Of a stretch of DNA of 64,000 nucleotides, positions 49,252-61,520 are shown one piece after another; within the stretch, counting starts at the first letter, position 1; the number at the start of each line of letters is the position of its first letter. The notes beneath the pieces were generated by a model, which was not told where the DNA came from, searched no databases, and was given only the letters and a program-made list of their open reading frames with translations. The position numbers and the translations under genes are program-made. The DNA is taken from positions 125,022,480 to 125,086,479 of the forward strand of contig NC_134541.1 in the NCBI RefSeq assembly GCF_050624435.1. Reading direction: 5' to 3'. This stretch comes from Tenrec ecaudatus. Its lineage: Eukaryota.

Positions 49252-50073
49252 CAGCGGTTCTCAACCTGTGAGTCGTGACCCCTTTGGGGGTCAAACGACC
49301 CTTTCACATGGGTTGCCTAAAACCATGGTGCTATAGTTTATTGTGCCAGCCTGGCCGATAAACACAAGTAGGATTAACTGAAGGGCAGAGGGATAAATGG
49401 CTTGCTTGTTGTGTGCCTCAGTTTAAAGGAGTACACTACCTGTGGGATGCCTAGCCTGTGGACTGTGTCGCTGTAAGTTGAGGTCCCTTTAAGCCCACAC
49501 GATTGGAATGTTCATCTCTGGAGCTGGGTACCGACAGTTGATGACAGTTGGGGACCTGCCTTGCTGTTTACTGCCTGGGTATATATAGCCCAGCTCTCTC
49601 TACAGAAGGGGACTGACATCTGGCAGCTCTCAAAACTTGAAGGACTGCTAGTGTCTCACTGCTTTATAATTTAACTGTTAATTTATTGTATTATCTATCT
49701 GTATATTATTTAATGGTTTATTTCTTGAATTATATATCTATCTTTATAAATATATTTATATATAATTACTAGCAATCTGGTTTGTCTCTCTAGAGAACCC
49801 TGTCCAATACACATGGGAAAACACATAAATATTTCACAATAAATAATGACATAGTGTTTTGTGATTGATCACTATGCTTTAATTATGCTTCATTATGTTC
49901 AATTTGTAACAATGAAAATACATCCTGCCTATTAGATATTTACATGACTATTCATTGCAGTATCAAAATGACAGTGATGAAGTAGCAACGAAAATAATGT
50001 TATGGTTGGAGGTCACCACAACATGAGGAACTGTATGAAAGGGTCACGGCATTAGGAAGGTTGAGAACCGCTG
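49252..50073 (-). mobile_element. Longer SPIN-like non-autonomous copy 7 (~350 bp plus an internal region), split by a ~490-bp LTR-like insertion at 49326-49812; TSD ctctagac/ctatagac
   Basis: The left part (49252-49325) and right part (49813-50073) together form one element. The right part keeps an internal segment (gcaggatgtattttcattgttacaaattgaacataat...) that the short copies lack. Confidence 0.7.
49326..49812 (+). mobile_element. LTR-like element, family X, inserted inside SPIN-like copy 7
   Basis: tgctatagtttattgtgccagcctggccgataaacacaagtagg...ctctagagaaccctgtcca matches 7671-8158 in reverse complement. Confidence 0.6.
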
Positions 50074-53000
50074 CTATAGACTAATTAAGATCAGTACCTA
50101 ATTCATAGTGTTTAGATTCGTTCATTTAGAAAGTTTTCCAACAGAGGCAGACAGACAGAAAACAGGGTGAGAAGGGGCTACTTCGGACCAATCTGAACGG
50201 ATCATTCTGAAAGTCTTTCTGGACGGTGCTCTCGATCATCCCTGCCCCTCTGAAAGGACAGCGGACGGCTGGTCACTACCACAGGCAGGTGCTGCCCTGT
50301 ACCCATTGTCCACCACTGGACGGGACTGTTGCCATAGCTTGCTGTGTGCAATACACACCACTACCACTATGTAAAGCCGTGGTGTCCATTTTGACTGATG
50401 CGACCCCAGCAGCCTGCTTCTGGTTGCTTCCACCAAGTGGCTGCTGGAACTGCAGGAAAGAGGCCCAAGAAGCTGAACATGGTGGAAGGAGCACCAGCAG
50501 CGATAGCGGCTGACAGGCAAGATGAGGCCGAGGCCAGTGGAGAAGACTGACAGGTCAAAACTTAAGAAAATCGTTGAGTTGCGAGGCTGGCAAGAGTCCT
50601 GCTTACGTATTTGAGACAGATTGTCCAGTCCTTGGAGATGGCTGTCACGCTTTACCAAGGGGAGGGGCAGGCAAGCAGAGGAAGGCCCTCAAGGAGATGG
50701 ATGGACGCGTGGCTGCACCACGGCTCAGGCACGGGCACAACGGTGGGCATGGCACAGGCCCGGGCAGTGGTTACTTCTGTTGGGCATAAGGTCGCTGTGG
50801 ATTGGAACTGACTCAATGACACTAGACAACAACAACAACCTCTCGAAGGCCAAGGTTGTTGCTTTTGCAAGGAGAGGGTATACATGTTAACAGAGAAAAG
50901 CAGATTTGAATAAAGGCACACTTCTTTTTTTTTTAATTAAAATTACCACTGATTAAAAAAAAAATCACTCAGGACTTAGGACAACTTAATCAAGACCTGA
51001 GTTTCGTTCCTAGTCAATGACCCTCACCCATCTTCTCTCCGTGGGGGCTGGTGGGCTGCTATGATGAATTTCCAGACGAAGATGGCGGGACGAGGCAAGA
51101 AAGCCTGTCAACCCACTCGTAGTAGCTCCATCATCTGGTGTCAACCTGTGGCCTCGTGTGGAGGCGCCATGGACATCAATTGCTCACCGGAGCACAGAGA
51201 CACGCATACTCCCTGGCGAGACATTCCTGATGACAAACCAGATGGAGCTACACTGATGGAGTCAGAGCCCTGAAGCTGGAGGAGCCACGTGGAGACCCAC
51301 GCCAGCGCTGAGATGCTTCCACCACCACTGGATCCACCAGACGTTCCACCCACTGGCCTGCGATCTTCCTGCATTCAGCGCCATCGAAGAATGCAGGAAC
51401 ATGGCAGCACAGTGCTGTGTGAGTCTGAAGAGCAGTGTACAGACTGGTAGCATACATATGGGCGAATACCGGATTGATGAACTTAACCTGGACTGGGCTG
51501 GGGTGTTTTCTTAACATTCCATTGTTCTTGTATATAAAGCTCTCATACACCTGAGTCTCTCTGGATTTGTTTCTCCCGTCGACCCGGACTCACACACCAC
51601 TAATGAAATCAGCCAGTGGAAAGCTCCGGGGTCACCAGTCTCATATGGGGAAGGAGGTGTGTCCCACTGCGCCTGTGGTCCTCGTCAGTCAGGGACGGAC
51701 TGGATGGCAGAGAAGGAGGCTAACCTACAATGGAAAGTCCGCATCCCACCATCACAACAAACAATGGAAACTGATCAGGGAACACTGAAACGGTGCAAGT
51801 CTTAGAAGAAAATGTAGGGGTGAAGCTCCGATGAGACAGGCTAGTGAGGCTGACGGACCCCCTCGTTTCAAGGCCATCCTCTTGCACCTGTTCAACCAGG
51901 TAAGACACAACTCAGCGGTGCCCGGTGAACGGCCTCTGCGTGATGGCGGTTGGGTTGGGACATGCATCGTGGCATGCAGAATCCCCACTGGACTTGTCCC
52001 CACGCGGATTGAAGAAAACCAGCCAGACCGTCCAACTGAGCATACTCACAGGCCACTTATGACCTTCAGGGAAATAAATGGACCAATAATGCCACGGCCA
52101 TAACATCCCAGAATAAGTTTTGTTCCTCAGCTCCAGGAGCCCCTGCAAGAGGCTGCATCCTGCAGGGACTATTGCATGCAGCTCATGAACATGGCCCTGC
52201 CGAAACGAGCGATTTTCCCGGGGACCCCACTTCCCTAATGAATAGACGGAATGTCCCTTCCTATCAGAAGCCCTTACCTTCCCTGGCTGCACTTTTATTC
52301 AAGGAAATAGGGGAGAGCACTGCGCAGGGCCTCCCTGCCTCCATCTAGCAAGCTTTCCTGCTAAGAAGCTTTTTGCTCGCGTGGCAATCTCTGCCCCTCC
52401 TGGATTTGTCTTAGCTGACAAGAGGGAGGATCCCTCTCTCACAGGTCTTGGCTGGGGAACATGGCCCCTGGTCGCTTCTCTGGCAACCCAGACAGGGGCA
52501 TATTTTGTTCCATCCCCAGATCCCAGGCCATGTGGGGAGAGGCATTGCGTGACCTGGTCGCACTGAGGAAGCAGCAGCCAGGCTCGATTTCGACCATGTT
52601 CCTCCACAGGTAAGGACCCCTTCCCCTTCTCTGCATGTACCTCAAGGTCCAACTTAGTTTTACTTCTTCCTTGAGCCTGCTTCGCTGAAGTGGGGCCCTT
52701 TAGGAGCGTTAGCTGGTGTCCCCACAAGACTGGGGCTGCCATCGTCACTTGCGTAGACGTTAAGAAGCGCATGCCTGGGCTGTAAATCTGAGGACCCGTC
52801 CCCAACTGGTTCTGCTATTTCAGGAGCCCTGTCTGCAGTGTGCTTAGGAGCTGGGTTGCTAACTGCAAGGTCAGCAGTTCGAAACCACCAGTCTTGCTTG
52901 TAGTAAACTGAAGGAGTGGATGAGAATGTGACGCAGCTAAATCCTCTATGTTCAAAATGACGGGTCTGGAAAGCCAACTCTGGTGGGAGAAGACCCTCAT

Positions 53001-53499
53001 GGTTAGGAGATAGAAATAAATCTTTTTTCCAAAATATATTTATTTTTATTTATTCATAAATGCATTGAGAATTCTTTATATGTACAATGTATGTTTATGT
53101 ACCTTGCATAACCACATGAGCCCATATTACACAACACAACACAGTTAACTATGTACATTTTTTATCATTACCTGAATTTACTCTGAAGAAATAAATCTTT
53201 TTTTTTAACAATTTATTGGGGCTCATATAATTCTTATCACAGTTCATCCATATACATACATCAATTGTATAAAGCACATCTGTACAGTCTTTGCCCTAAT
53301 CATTTTTTTCTCCTCTTTTCTTTTTTTACATATTATTAGGGACTCATACAACTCTTATCACAATCCATACATATACATACATCAATTGTATAAAGCACAT
53401 CCATACATTCCCTGCCCCAATCATTCTCAAAGCATTTGCTCTCCACTTAAGCCCCTTGCATCAGGTCCTCTTTTTTTTTCCCCCTCCCTCCCCTTTCCC

Positions 53500-55060
53500 C
53501 CCTCCCTCATGTGCCCTTGGTAATTTATACATCGTTATTTTGTCCTATCTTGCCCTATCCGGAGTCTCCCTTCCCCCCCTTCTCTGCTGTCCCTCTCCCA
53601 GGGAAGAGGTCACATGTGGATCCTTGTAATCAGTTCCCCCTTTCCAACCCACTCACCCTCCACTCTCCCAGCATTGTCCCTTACACCCTTGGTCCTGAAG
53701 GTGTCATCCACCCTGGATTCCCTGTACCTTCAGCCCTCATATGTACCAGTGTACAGCCTCTGCCCTATCCAGCCCTGCAAGGTAGAATTTGGATCATGGT
53801 AGTTGCGGGGAGGAAGCATCCAGGATCTGGGGGAAAGCTGTGTTCTTCATCGGTACTACCTCGCACCCTAATTAACCCGTCTCCTCTCCTAAACCCCTCT
53901 ATGAGGGGATCTCCATTGGCCGAGACTTGGGCCTTGGGTCTCCACTCTGCATTTCCCCCTTCATTTAATATGGTATATATATACATATATACATATACAC
54001 ACATATACACATACATACACACACTTATGTCTTTTTTTTTTTTTTTGCATGATGCCTTATACCTGGTCCCTTGGCACCTCTGATCGCACTGGCTGGTGTG
54101 CTTCTTCCATGTGGGCTGTTTTGCTTCTGAGCTAGATGGCCGCTTGTTCACCTTCAAGCCTTTAAGACCCCAGACACTATCTCTTTTGATAGCCGGGCAC
54201 CATCAGCTTTCTTCACCACATTTGCTTATGCACCCATTTGGAAGAAATAAATCTTAATACACATTCTCACAATTGAACACAGTCCCTCCAATAACCCCCC
54301 ATAAAGGAATGGTCATAAAAGAACTACCATAAAAGATGTATTATTCTTGCGTCTGCCTATCCACTAAGCCTGAAAGCTGATAAGAGCAATCAGTTCTATA
54401 CCCTGACCCCATTATAAAATGTAGCAAACTCTCTTCTGACATCTCTTGCTCATCACAGATTTCTCCCTGGGTGTGTTATTCCGGGTTGACTAGAGAAACA
54501 AATTCATAGACACTCATATGTGTATAAGAAAAGCTTTATCAACGATCCTCTAGTTCCTAAATGCTTCCTCCCGCCCACTATCATGATCCCAATTCTACCT
54601 TACAAACCTGGTTAGACCAGAGGATCTACACTGGGACATATAGGAACTGGAAACACAGGGAATCCAGGGCAGATGATCCCTTCAGCACCAGTGGTGTGAG
54701 TGGTGATACTGGGAGAGTGGAGGGAAGGTGGGGTAGAAAGGGGGAACCGATTACAAGGATCTACATGTGACCTCCTCCCTGGGGGACAGACAACAGAAAA
54801 GGGGGTGAAGGGAGATGTGGGACAGAGCAAGATATGACAAAATAATAATTTATAAATTATCAAGGGTTCATGAGGGAGAGGGAAGCAGGGAGGGAGGGGA
54901 AAATGAAGAACTGATGCCAGGGGCTTGGGTGGAGAGTGGATGTTTTAAGAATGATGAGGGCAATGAATGTACAAATGTGCTTTACACAATTGATGTATGT
55001 GTGGATTGTGATAAGAGTTGTATGAGCCCCTAATAAAATGATTACAAAAAAGAAAGAGCT
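53500..55060. mobile_element. Nested and rearranged family Y copies (reverse-orientation part 53500-54250, forward 3' part 54540-55060)
   Basis: 54110-54240 is the reverse complement of 35640-35780. 54560-55050 matches the family 3' part. Confidence 0.5.
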
Positions 55061-58000
55061 TTATATAAAAGAGCAATTACAGATTAAGAAACATCCTAGC
55101 CCAGTCCAGATCAAGTCCATAAGTCCAATATTAGCCCATCTGTCAGATACCAGTCTATAATTTCCTCTTCAGACTCACACAACACATGCAATGACGCCGA
55201 ATGCAGGAAGCTCACAGGCCAGTGGGTGGGAAGTCCTGTGGATCCAGTGGCTGTGGAGCCATCTCGGTGCTGGCAGCGTCTAATATAGCTCCATCTGGCT
55301 TGTCAACAAGTCTCGCAGGAAGTGAGTGTGTCCCGTCTCCCGTGAGTTTTGTATCGCCTTAGTGCCTCCAAATGAAGTCATCAAGCTAGCCAGACTCCAC
55401 CCCTTCCTCAGGTTGACAGATTATGTAACTGCCACACCTGGGGAGGGCTCTGGGGCGTCCAAGATCAACTAGCACTAAGTCAAGATGACGAGTCACCCTA
55501 CTGCTTGTTCATTATGTTACCCACTTATGATATTGTCCATTGACTATATAATATGTTCACTATAAGACGTGTATGTATTTTGAAATATCTGTCAGCCCCA
55601 TTATATACAAGGGGGTACCACCCCAAAATGGAATTTTTTTAAGTTATGTATTTAATTTTTTTTCTTCACAAAACAATCTATCACCTTCAAAGTACTGTCC
55701 ATTACACTTCATACATTTGTCAAATCTGCGATCCCATTCTTGGAAACATTTTTCAAACTCATCTGTTTGGATGGCTGACAGCACCTCCCCCCCTTTTTCT
55801 CCACCTCTTCTACGTCATCAAATCGCTATCCTTTCATGTCCTTCTTCATTCACAGAAATAAAAAGAAGTCATATGGAGCAAGGTCAGATGAGTAAGGTGT
55901 GTGGGCAAGAGAGGCATGCTGGTTTTTCCCAAAGACTGGCGCACTGAGATGGCTGTGTGAGCAGGTGCATTGTCGTGGTGGTAAAACCAGTCCCCCGAAT
56001 GCTACAAATCAGGCCTTTTTTGGTCACACATGGTTATGCTATTTTTTTCAGAATCTCCAAATAGAAAGCTTGATGAACAGTCTGACCTGGTGGAACAAAC
56101 TCCAAATGCACCACAAGTCGACATTTTCATCCATTTGAGAAGTTGACGGACATCCAGAATGAGGTGTCATCAATTGACACTTCATCTTTTTGGAAATGAG
56201 AAAACCACTCTTACTTTTGAGTTTTTCCCACAGCTCTGTTCTTGTAAGCTGTGCTCCACATCACAACAGTGTCTGTGACATTCCCTCACCCCCCACCCCC
56301 CAAGGCGCCTCCCAGCAGGAAACAGCTTTGCGGTGTTCTCTTAAATGGGCCATCACAAAAAAACGAGGTTCAAGTGAAACTGCTTTCATGAAAAACTTCA
56401 CTGTGACTGAGAGAACCTTCCCAGGCAAAGCCACTGGGTGCAGTAACTCAGAGTGAGTAGCTCGATGCTCACCTAGGAGGGGCTCGGGGTGGGATGCTGA
56501 TTAAGAAGGCTCCACCCAGCAGAGCTTTTTCCTTTTTGTTGTTGTTGTTGTTTTGGGGTACTCCCTCGTATACCCATTGGAAAGTGCATTCGCTCTCTTG
56601 GTCCTGACATTGGGACAAGGAGCCCCTGTGTCCATTATCTGTCTTTATCATCTCCCACAATCGCAAGTTGCTTCCGATGACCTGTTCTTCCTGGGAGGAC
56701 CCCCTCACCCCACACTCACTTAGAAGAAAGATGGGGCTTTCGACACCCCTAAAAGTTACAGTCTGGGAAAGTCACAAAGGTAGGTCTACCTGTTCGGCAG
56801 GTTCACTGTGAGTGGGCCTGCCTCGATGGCAGTGAATTGTGTTGTTTAATCAGACACCCTTTTCCTCTGCCACAATACGTAATGCATTAGAAATCCTTAA
56901 ATAAATAAATAAAATCCTAAAAATATTTTCCATCCCAAGGAGCAGGTGAAAGCCGTGAAGTAAAGGCTATTGGATTAATGAATCTGTACCTTGAGGCTTT
57001 AAAAGAGACCTTTAAAAGTCTTATTAAGTCTCACTGTCTATCTTCTGGTTTGTGAATTGTTGTAGATTTGTTCCTTTTTTCTTCTTCCTATTTGCAAATA
57101 CTTTGCTGCTTTTGTTCAGTTGGGTCCGCGTGACTGGCTTTGGGTATCTAGGTGTTTGTGACCCGGAGACTGGGTGGGCAATGCTGGTCTGTTTATCACT
57201 TCACAGAGATCATTTCTGTCGTCTAGGAGCTCTGGGCCGTTTGTTTGTACAAGTTGGGTGAAGGGGGGCGGGGTAGCAACAGTTCCCTTGGTAAACATGT
57301 GTCGTCGCTAAGTAAGATGGACTGCTGCTTCCCAAGGGCGGGCTGAACTCTCCTCTGGGCAGTAGACACTGGAAGGATATTGCCAAGAGTCCTCTGGAAA
57401 GCCAGTGGCCACCTTTGAAGAACAGTTTCAGTCGTTTGAAGATGGGTCAACGTCACTGGAGCCCCTTAAAGTTAGGCAGCTCCCTCTGTAAGTTTGTCTT
57501 ACTTTGCTTTGCGGGGAGCTGATTTGAGCATGCTACGGCGCTGGCAACCATCATAACATAGAACATCGTAAGAGCAAGCGCAGGACCTGTCTAGTGGACT
57601 CATGCGACTCAGTGAGTCAATAAGTCAGTCAATGTCTCAGTGAGTGGGTGATCTTTGTGCGAGTTGGTATCCATCGGAGGAAAGTGGATGAGAGTCTGTT
57701 TTGAGGACTTCTCTATGAATCTTTAGAATATTAAATTTGGGTTTCATTGTTTTCCTTCCCTTGATTAACTGCATTTAGTGAATCTGAAGCCAATAGTCTG
57801 TGTAAAGAGCACACTCTAATAAAAGTGCTTATATTGATAGATGTACTATTGCCATTTAAAGCAAACCCCACGGAGGACTGCCCGAAGGACAAACACACCT
57901 ACCTTGGAAGAAGTGCTCCTTAGAGGCAGGGATGGCGAGGCGTTGTCTTGTATCCTTGGGACACGTTGTCGAGAGAGAGTCCCTGGAGAAGAACGCTGTG

Positions 58001-61000
58001 CTGGGTCAAGTCGAGGGGCAGTGAAAAGGAGGGAGGCCCTCAGTGAGCTGGACAGACACGGGGGCTGCAACAGTGGACTCAGGTACCGGATAATGGAGCG
58101 TCAGGTAGTGTTTCGTTCTGTTGTGCATAGATATGGGGTTTAAGGAAATCGGCCGCTGTAATAATCATTATATGCATTGAGACATGCCGAGTTCTCTGTT
58201 GGAATAGCTTTGAGACCATTGGGTTAATTCAGCCTGCGAGCACGCACAGAGACCAGCACCATGACCTTCAGGAACTTGGGCCAATAACCCAAGCCAACTG
58301 ACATGACATCCCAGACTAAGTTTCCTTCATCGGGACCAGAAGCCCCTGCGACGACGGACTCCGTCTTTAAGTGATTATGGTCAGCTATACCTAATTAACA
58401 TTTTCCTGGGAATACCTCGCTACCTAATGAATGAACACAATGCCCTTCCCAACCAAAAGCTTAAAAAACTCCAGCGACACTTTCACTGGGAGAAATGGGG
58501 CTGAGTGTGGCATAGGCCCTCCATCTGCAGGCTCTACTCCTAGTCAACTTTTTGCTCAAGTGAACAATCTCTGCATCTCCCAATTACCTTTAGTCAGCAG
58601 GAGGAGCGATCCCTCTCTCACAGTGTTGGCTGGGGAATAGTTTCCCGGTAACAATGGGGCCTAGTTTTTAACAACGCAACCTGAGAGAGAGGACTACAGG
58701 GTACACATTGCAAACACAAAATAGGATTCTGTGGCAGTCACCTAATCTGGTGTCAATGTAAGGATGAAGAGTGTAGGGGTGAGTGCTACAGCTCTTTTAG
58801 AATTTGTCTAGCAGGTTTTCTGGTTTTCCCGGAAAACACCCCCCCCCCAAAAAAAAAAAAAAGAGTATAGGGGTGGAATCTACGCTGTCAATCTGGAGAT
58901 AGCCAATGAGTCTTCTGTGTGGGCATGGCCTTCTCCTGAGAATTCTGGGAAATCTGGTACTTCCTCTTGGAGGTGGAAGACACCTCTCTCTCTCTCTCTG
59001 CTACTCCCTGGGAGACATTGCAGAAGATAAGCCACATGGACGCACCAGACCTCAGAAACTGGAGAAGCCACAGAGAGACCCCTGCCAGCGCTGAGATGCG
59101 TACAACGCCACTGGACCCAAAGACTTTCTACCCACTGGCTTGTGATCATCCTGCATTTGGCTTCATTGCATGTGTTTCGTGAGTCTGAAAAGGACTTTAT
59201 AAATTGGTATCAGACATATGGACTAATATCAGACTATGGCCTTGGACTGGACTGGGTTGGGATGTTTTCTCAATGTTCAATTGCTCTTGTATATAAATCT
59301 CTTTCTTATACAATGGCGTTGTTTCTCTAGTCTACCAAGACTAACACAAATGCTCATGAAAATGAACTCCTTTTATTCATCAAAGGATTTGACCGACAAC
59401 GTGAAGAGACAGCCTACAGATGGGCAGACAGCCCTTGTCGCTAAGTACCACGGAGGGAATTCTGACACGGTGACCCTCTGCACAAGAGAACGAAACGGTC
59501 CGCCCTGCACCATCCTCACAATCGGTATGCTTGAGCCCATTAGGCCGCCACTCTATCGCTCCCTCTGCCAAGGACCTCCGTTTGTTGTCCCCTCCCAGGG
59601 ACCAGTGTCTCCGGCACCACGTCCAAAGAAGGGGAGACAAACACTCCCCTCCTGAGGCAGTTAGCTTATTGTGCCAACTTGGCCGATAAACACATGTGGG
59701 GTCAATTGAAGGGCGGAGGGATAAATGGCTCCGTGAGCCTTGCCTTTCTAGTTCTCGTGTCTCTTGCTTTCTGATGGTCAGACCAGGGTGCAGCTGCCTT
59801 AGCTAGTTCCCTGCTTCAGCTGGCAGGGCTCACTTCCTGCAAGACATCCCTGAGGAGAAGCCACATGGACCTACCCCAATGCATCCCTGGGTGCTGGAGC
59901 ACCCATGTGGAGACCCCTGGCAGCGCTGAGATGCTTACACGTTCACTGGTTCGGCTTCCTCCTGCAGTTGGCATCATTGTGTGTGTTATGTGAGATGGAG
60001 GAGGACTTTGTGGATTGGTGTTGGACATATGGGTTAATGTTGGACTGTGGGCTTGGGAAGCACTGGGTTGGGATGTTTTCTTGATGGGCACTTAGCCTTT
60101 ATATAAAACTCTCTCTTATACATATGCGTTTCTGTGGATTTGTTTCTCTAAAGTACCCACACTAACATACCATCTTCACTCAGTTCCACGAAGCATGCCG
60201 ATGGCCTTCTTTCGAGACAGGCTGCTTGTTCTTCTGGCAGCCACACCCTGGCGGGAATGGCCTTTTGCCTGATTGGATCAGAGCTGGGATCTGAGTAAGG
60301 GTATTGCACACCCCCTCCCCCCTCCCCCGCCATCGTCTTATAATTGATTAGGTGCTCATAGCACATTCCATTCTGGAGGGGATTGCCTTGTGTTACCGTG
60401 TGTCCCCGAAAGTAAGACACCCCCTGAAAATAAGACCTACTTACAGTTTTGCCTCTCGCTGAACTATAAGGCATCCCCCAGAAAATAAGACCTCCCTGAA
60501 AATAAGCCCCCCCTCCAAAGCAACCGTAACTCTGGAGCCGCCGCGCAGCTCATTGTTGGCCGCAGCGCAGCCGGAGCAGACAGGAAGTGCGAGGTCTCTT
60601 TTAATAAAACAATAAACATAAAATGTGTACTGTATTCTTCTTCATGGAAAAATAAGATATCCCCTGAAAATAAGACCTAGAGCATCTTTGGGAGGAAAAA
60701 TTAATATAAGACACTGTCTTACTTTCGGGGAAATAGGGTAGATCACATCCTGGGGACTGCTAGATCTTCACTAGCAGACCCTGAGAAGCCTGGCCCAGCC
60801 AAGTCGAAACATAGGAAATACCCAGTACAGGCAACTCCATGGACCGCAGACCAGTGAGTCCCAGGAGGGGAGGGAAGTGGGGAGTAACTGCATCATAGGT
60901 AAGGCTTTTTTGGGGGGAGTGACAGTTGCTAGACAGAGCACAGGTGATGGGTCAAAGCGAGTGCTACGCTCTCACTCCAGTCATGAGTGCACCGCATGCC

Positions 61001-61224
61001 ACTGGGCTCTACACTTGAAAATGGTGATTGGCTAATTTTATGTCCAGTGAAGTTTGCCTCGATTGTCTTAAGGCTAGCAATCTGAAGCCCCAGAGTACAG
61101 AAGCTGAGGAGGAAACGGAGACGAAACCAATCATCTCTTTTGGGCACAAGCATCAATCTCCTCAGGCGGGGTTCTTGTCCCTGTTTTTCTAAACTAGTTC
61201 TCAAATGAGTAATCTTCTTCTCAA

Positions 61225-61390
61225 AACCGAACTCAGTGCTATCAAGTCAATGTGGATGTGCTGAGACCCTATAGGACAGGGTAGAACTGCCCTGTGAGTT
61301 TCTGAGAAACTGTAACTGCTTATGGGAGCAGGAAGCCCCCCATCTTTCTTTGGCCGAGCCGCTGGTGGTTTTGAACTGCCAAACTTGAAG
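61225..61390 (-). mobile_element. AfroSINE-type SINE (reverse)
   Basis: gctgagaccctataggacagggtagaactgccctgtgagtttctgagaaactgtaactgc...gctggtggttttgaactgccaaacttg. Confidence 0.6.
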
Positions 61391-61482
61391 ATGGACAGAG
61401 TCCAACGCATAATTAAAGTAAGAATCAGAATGTGTATAAATTGTTGAATGCAAAACTGGGATCTTATCTAAGCCTCCACCTA

Positions 61483-61485
<3 letters not shown>

Positions 61486-61519
<34 letters not shown>
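61486..61519. repeat. (CA)n microsatellite
   Basis: cacacacacacacacacacacacacacacacacat. Confidence 0.9.
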
Positions 61520-61520
<1 letters not shown>

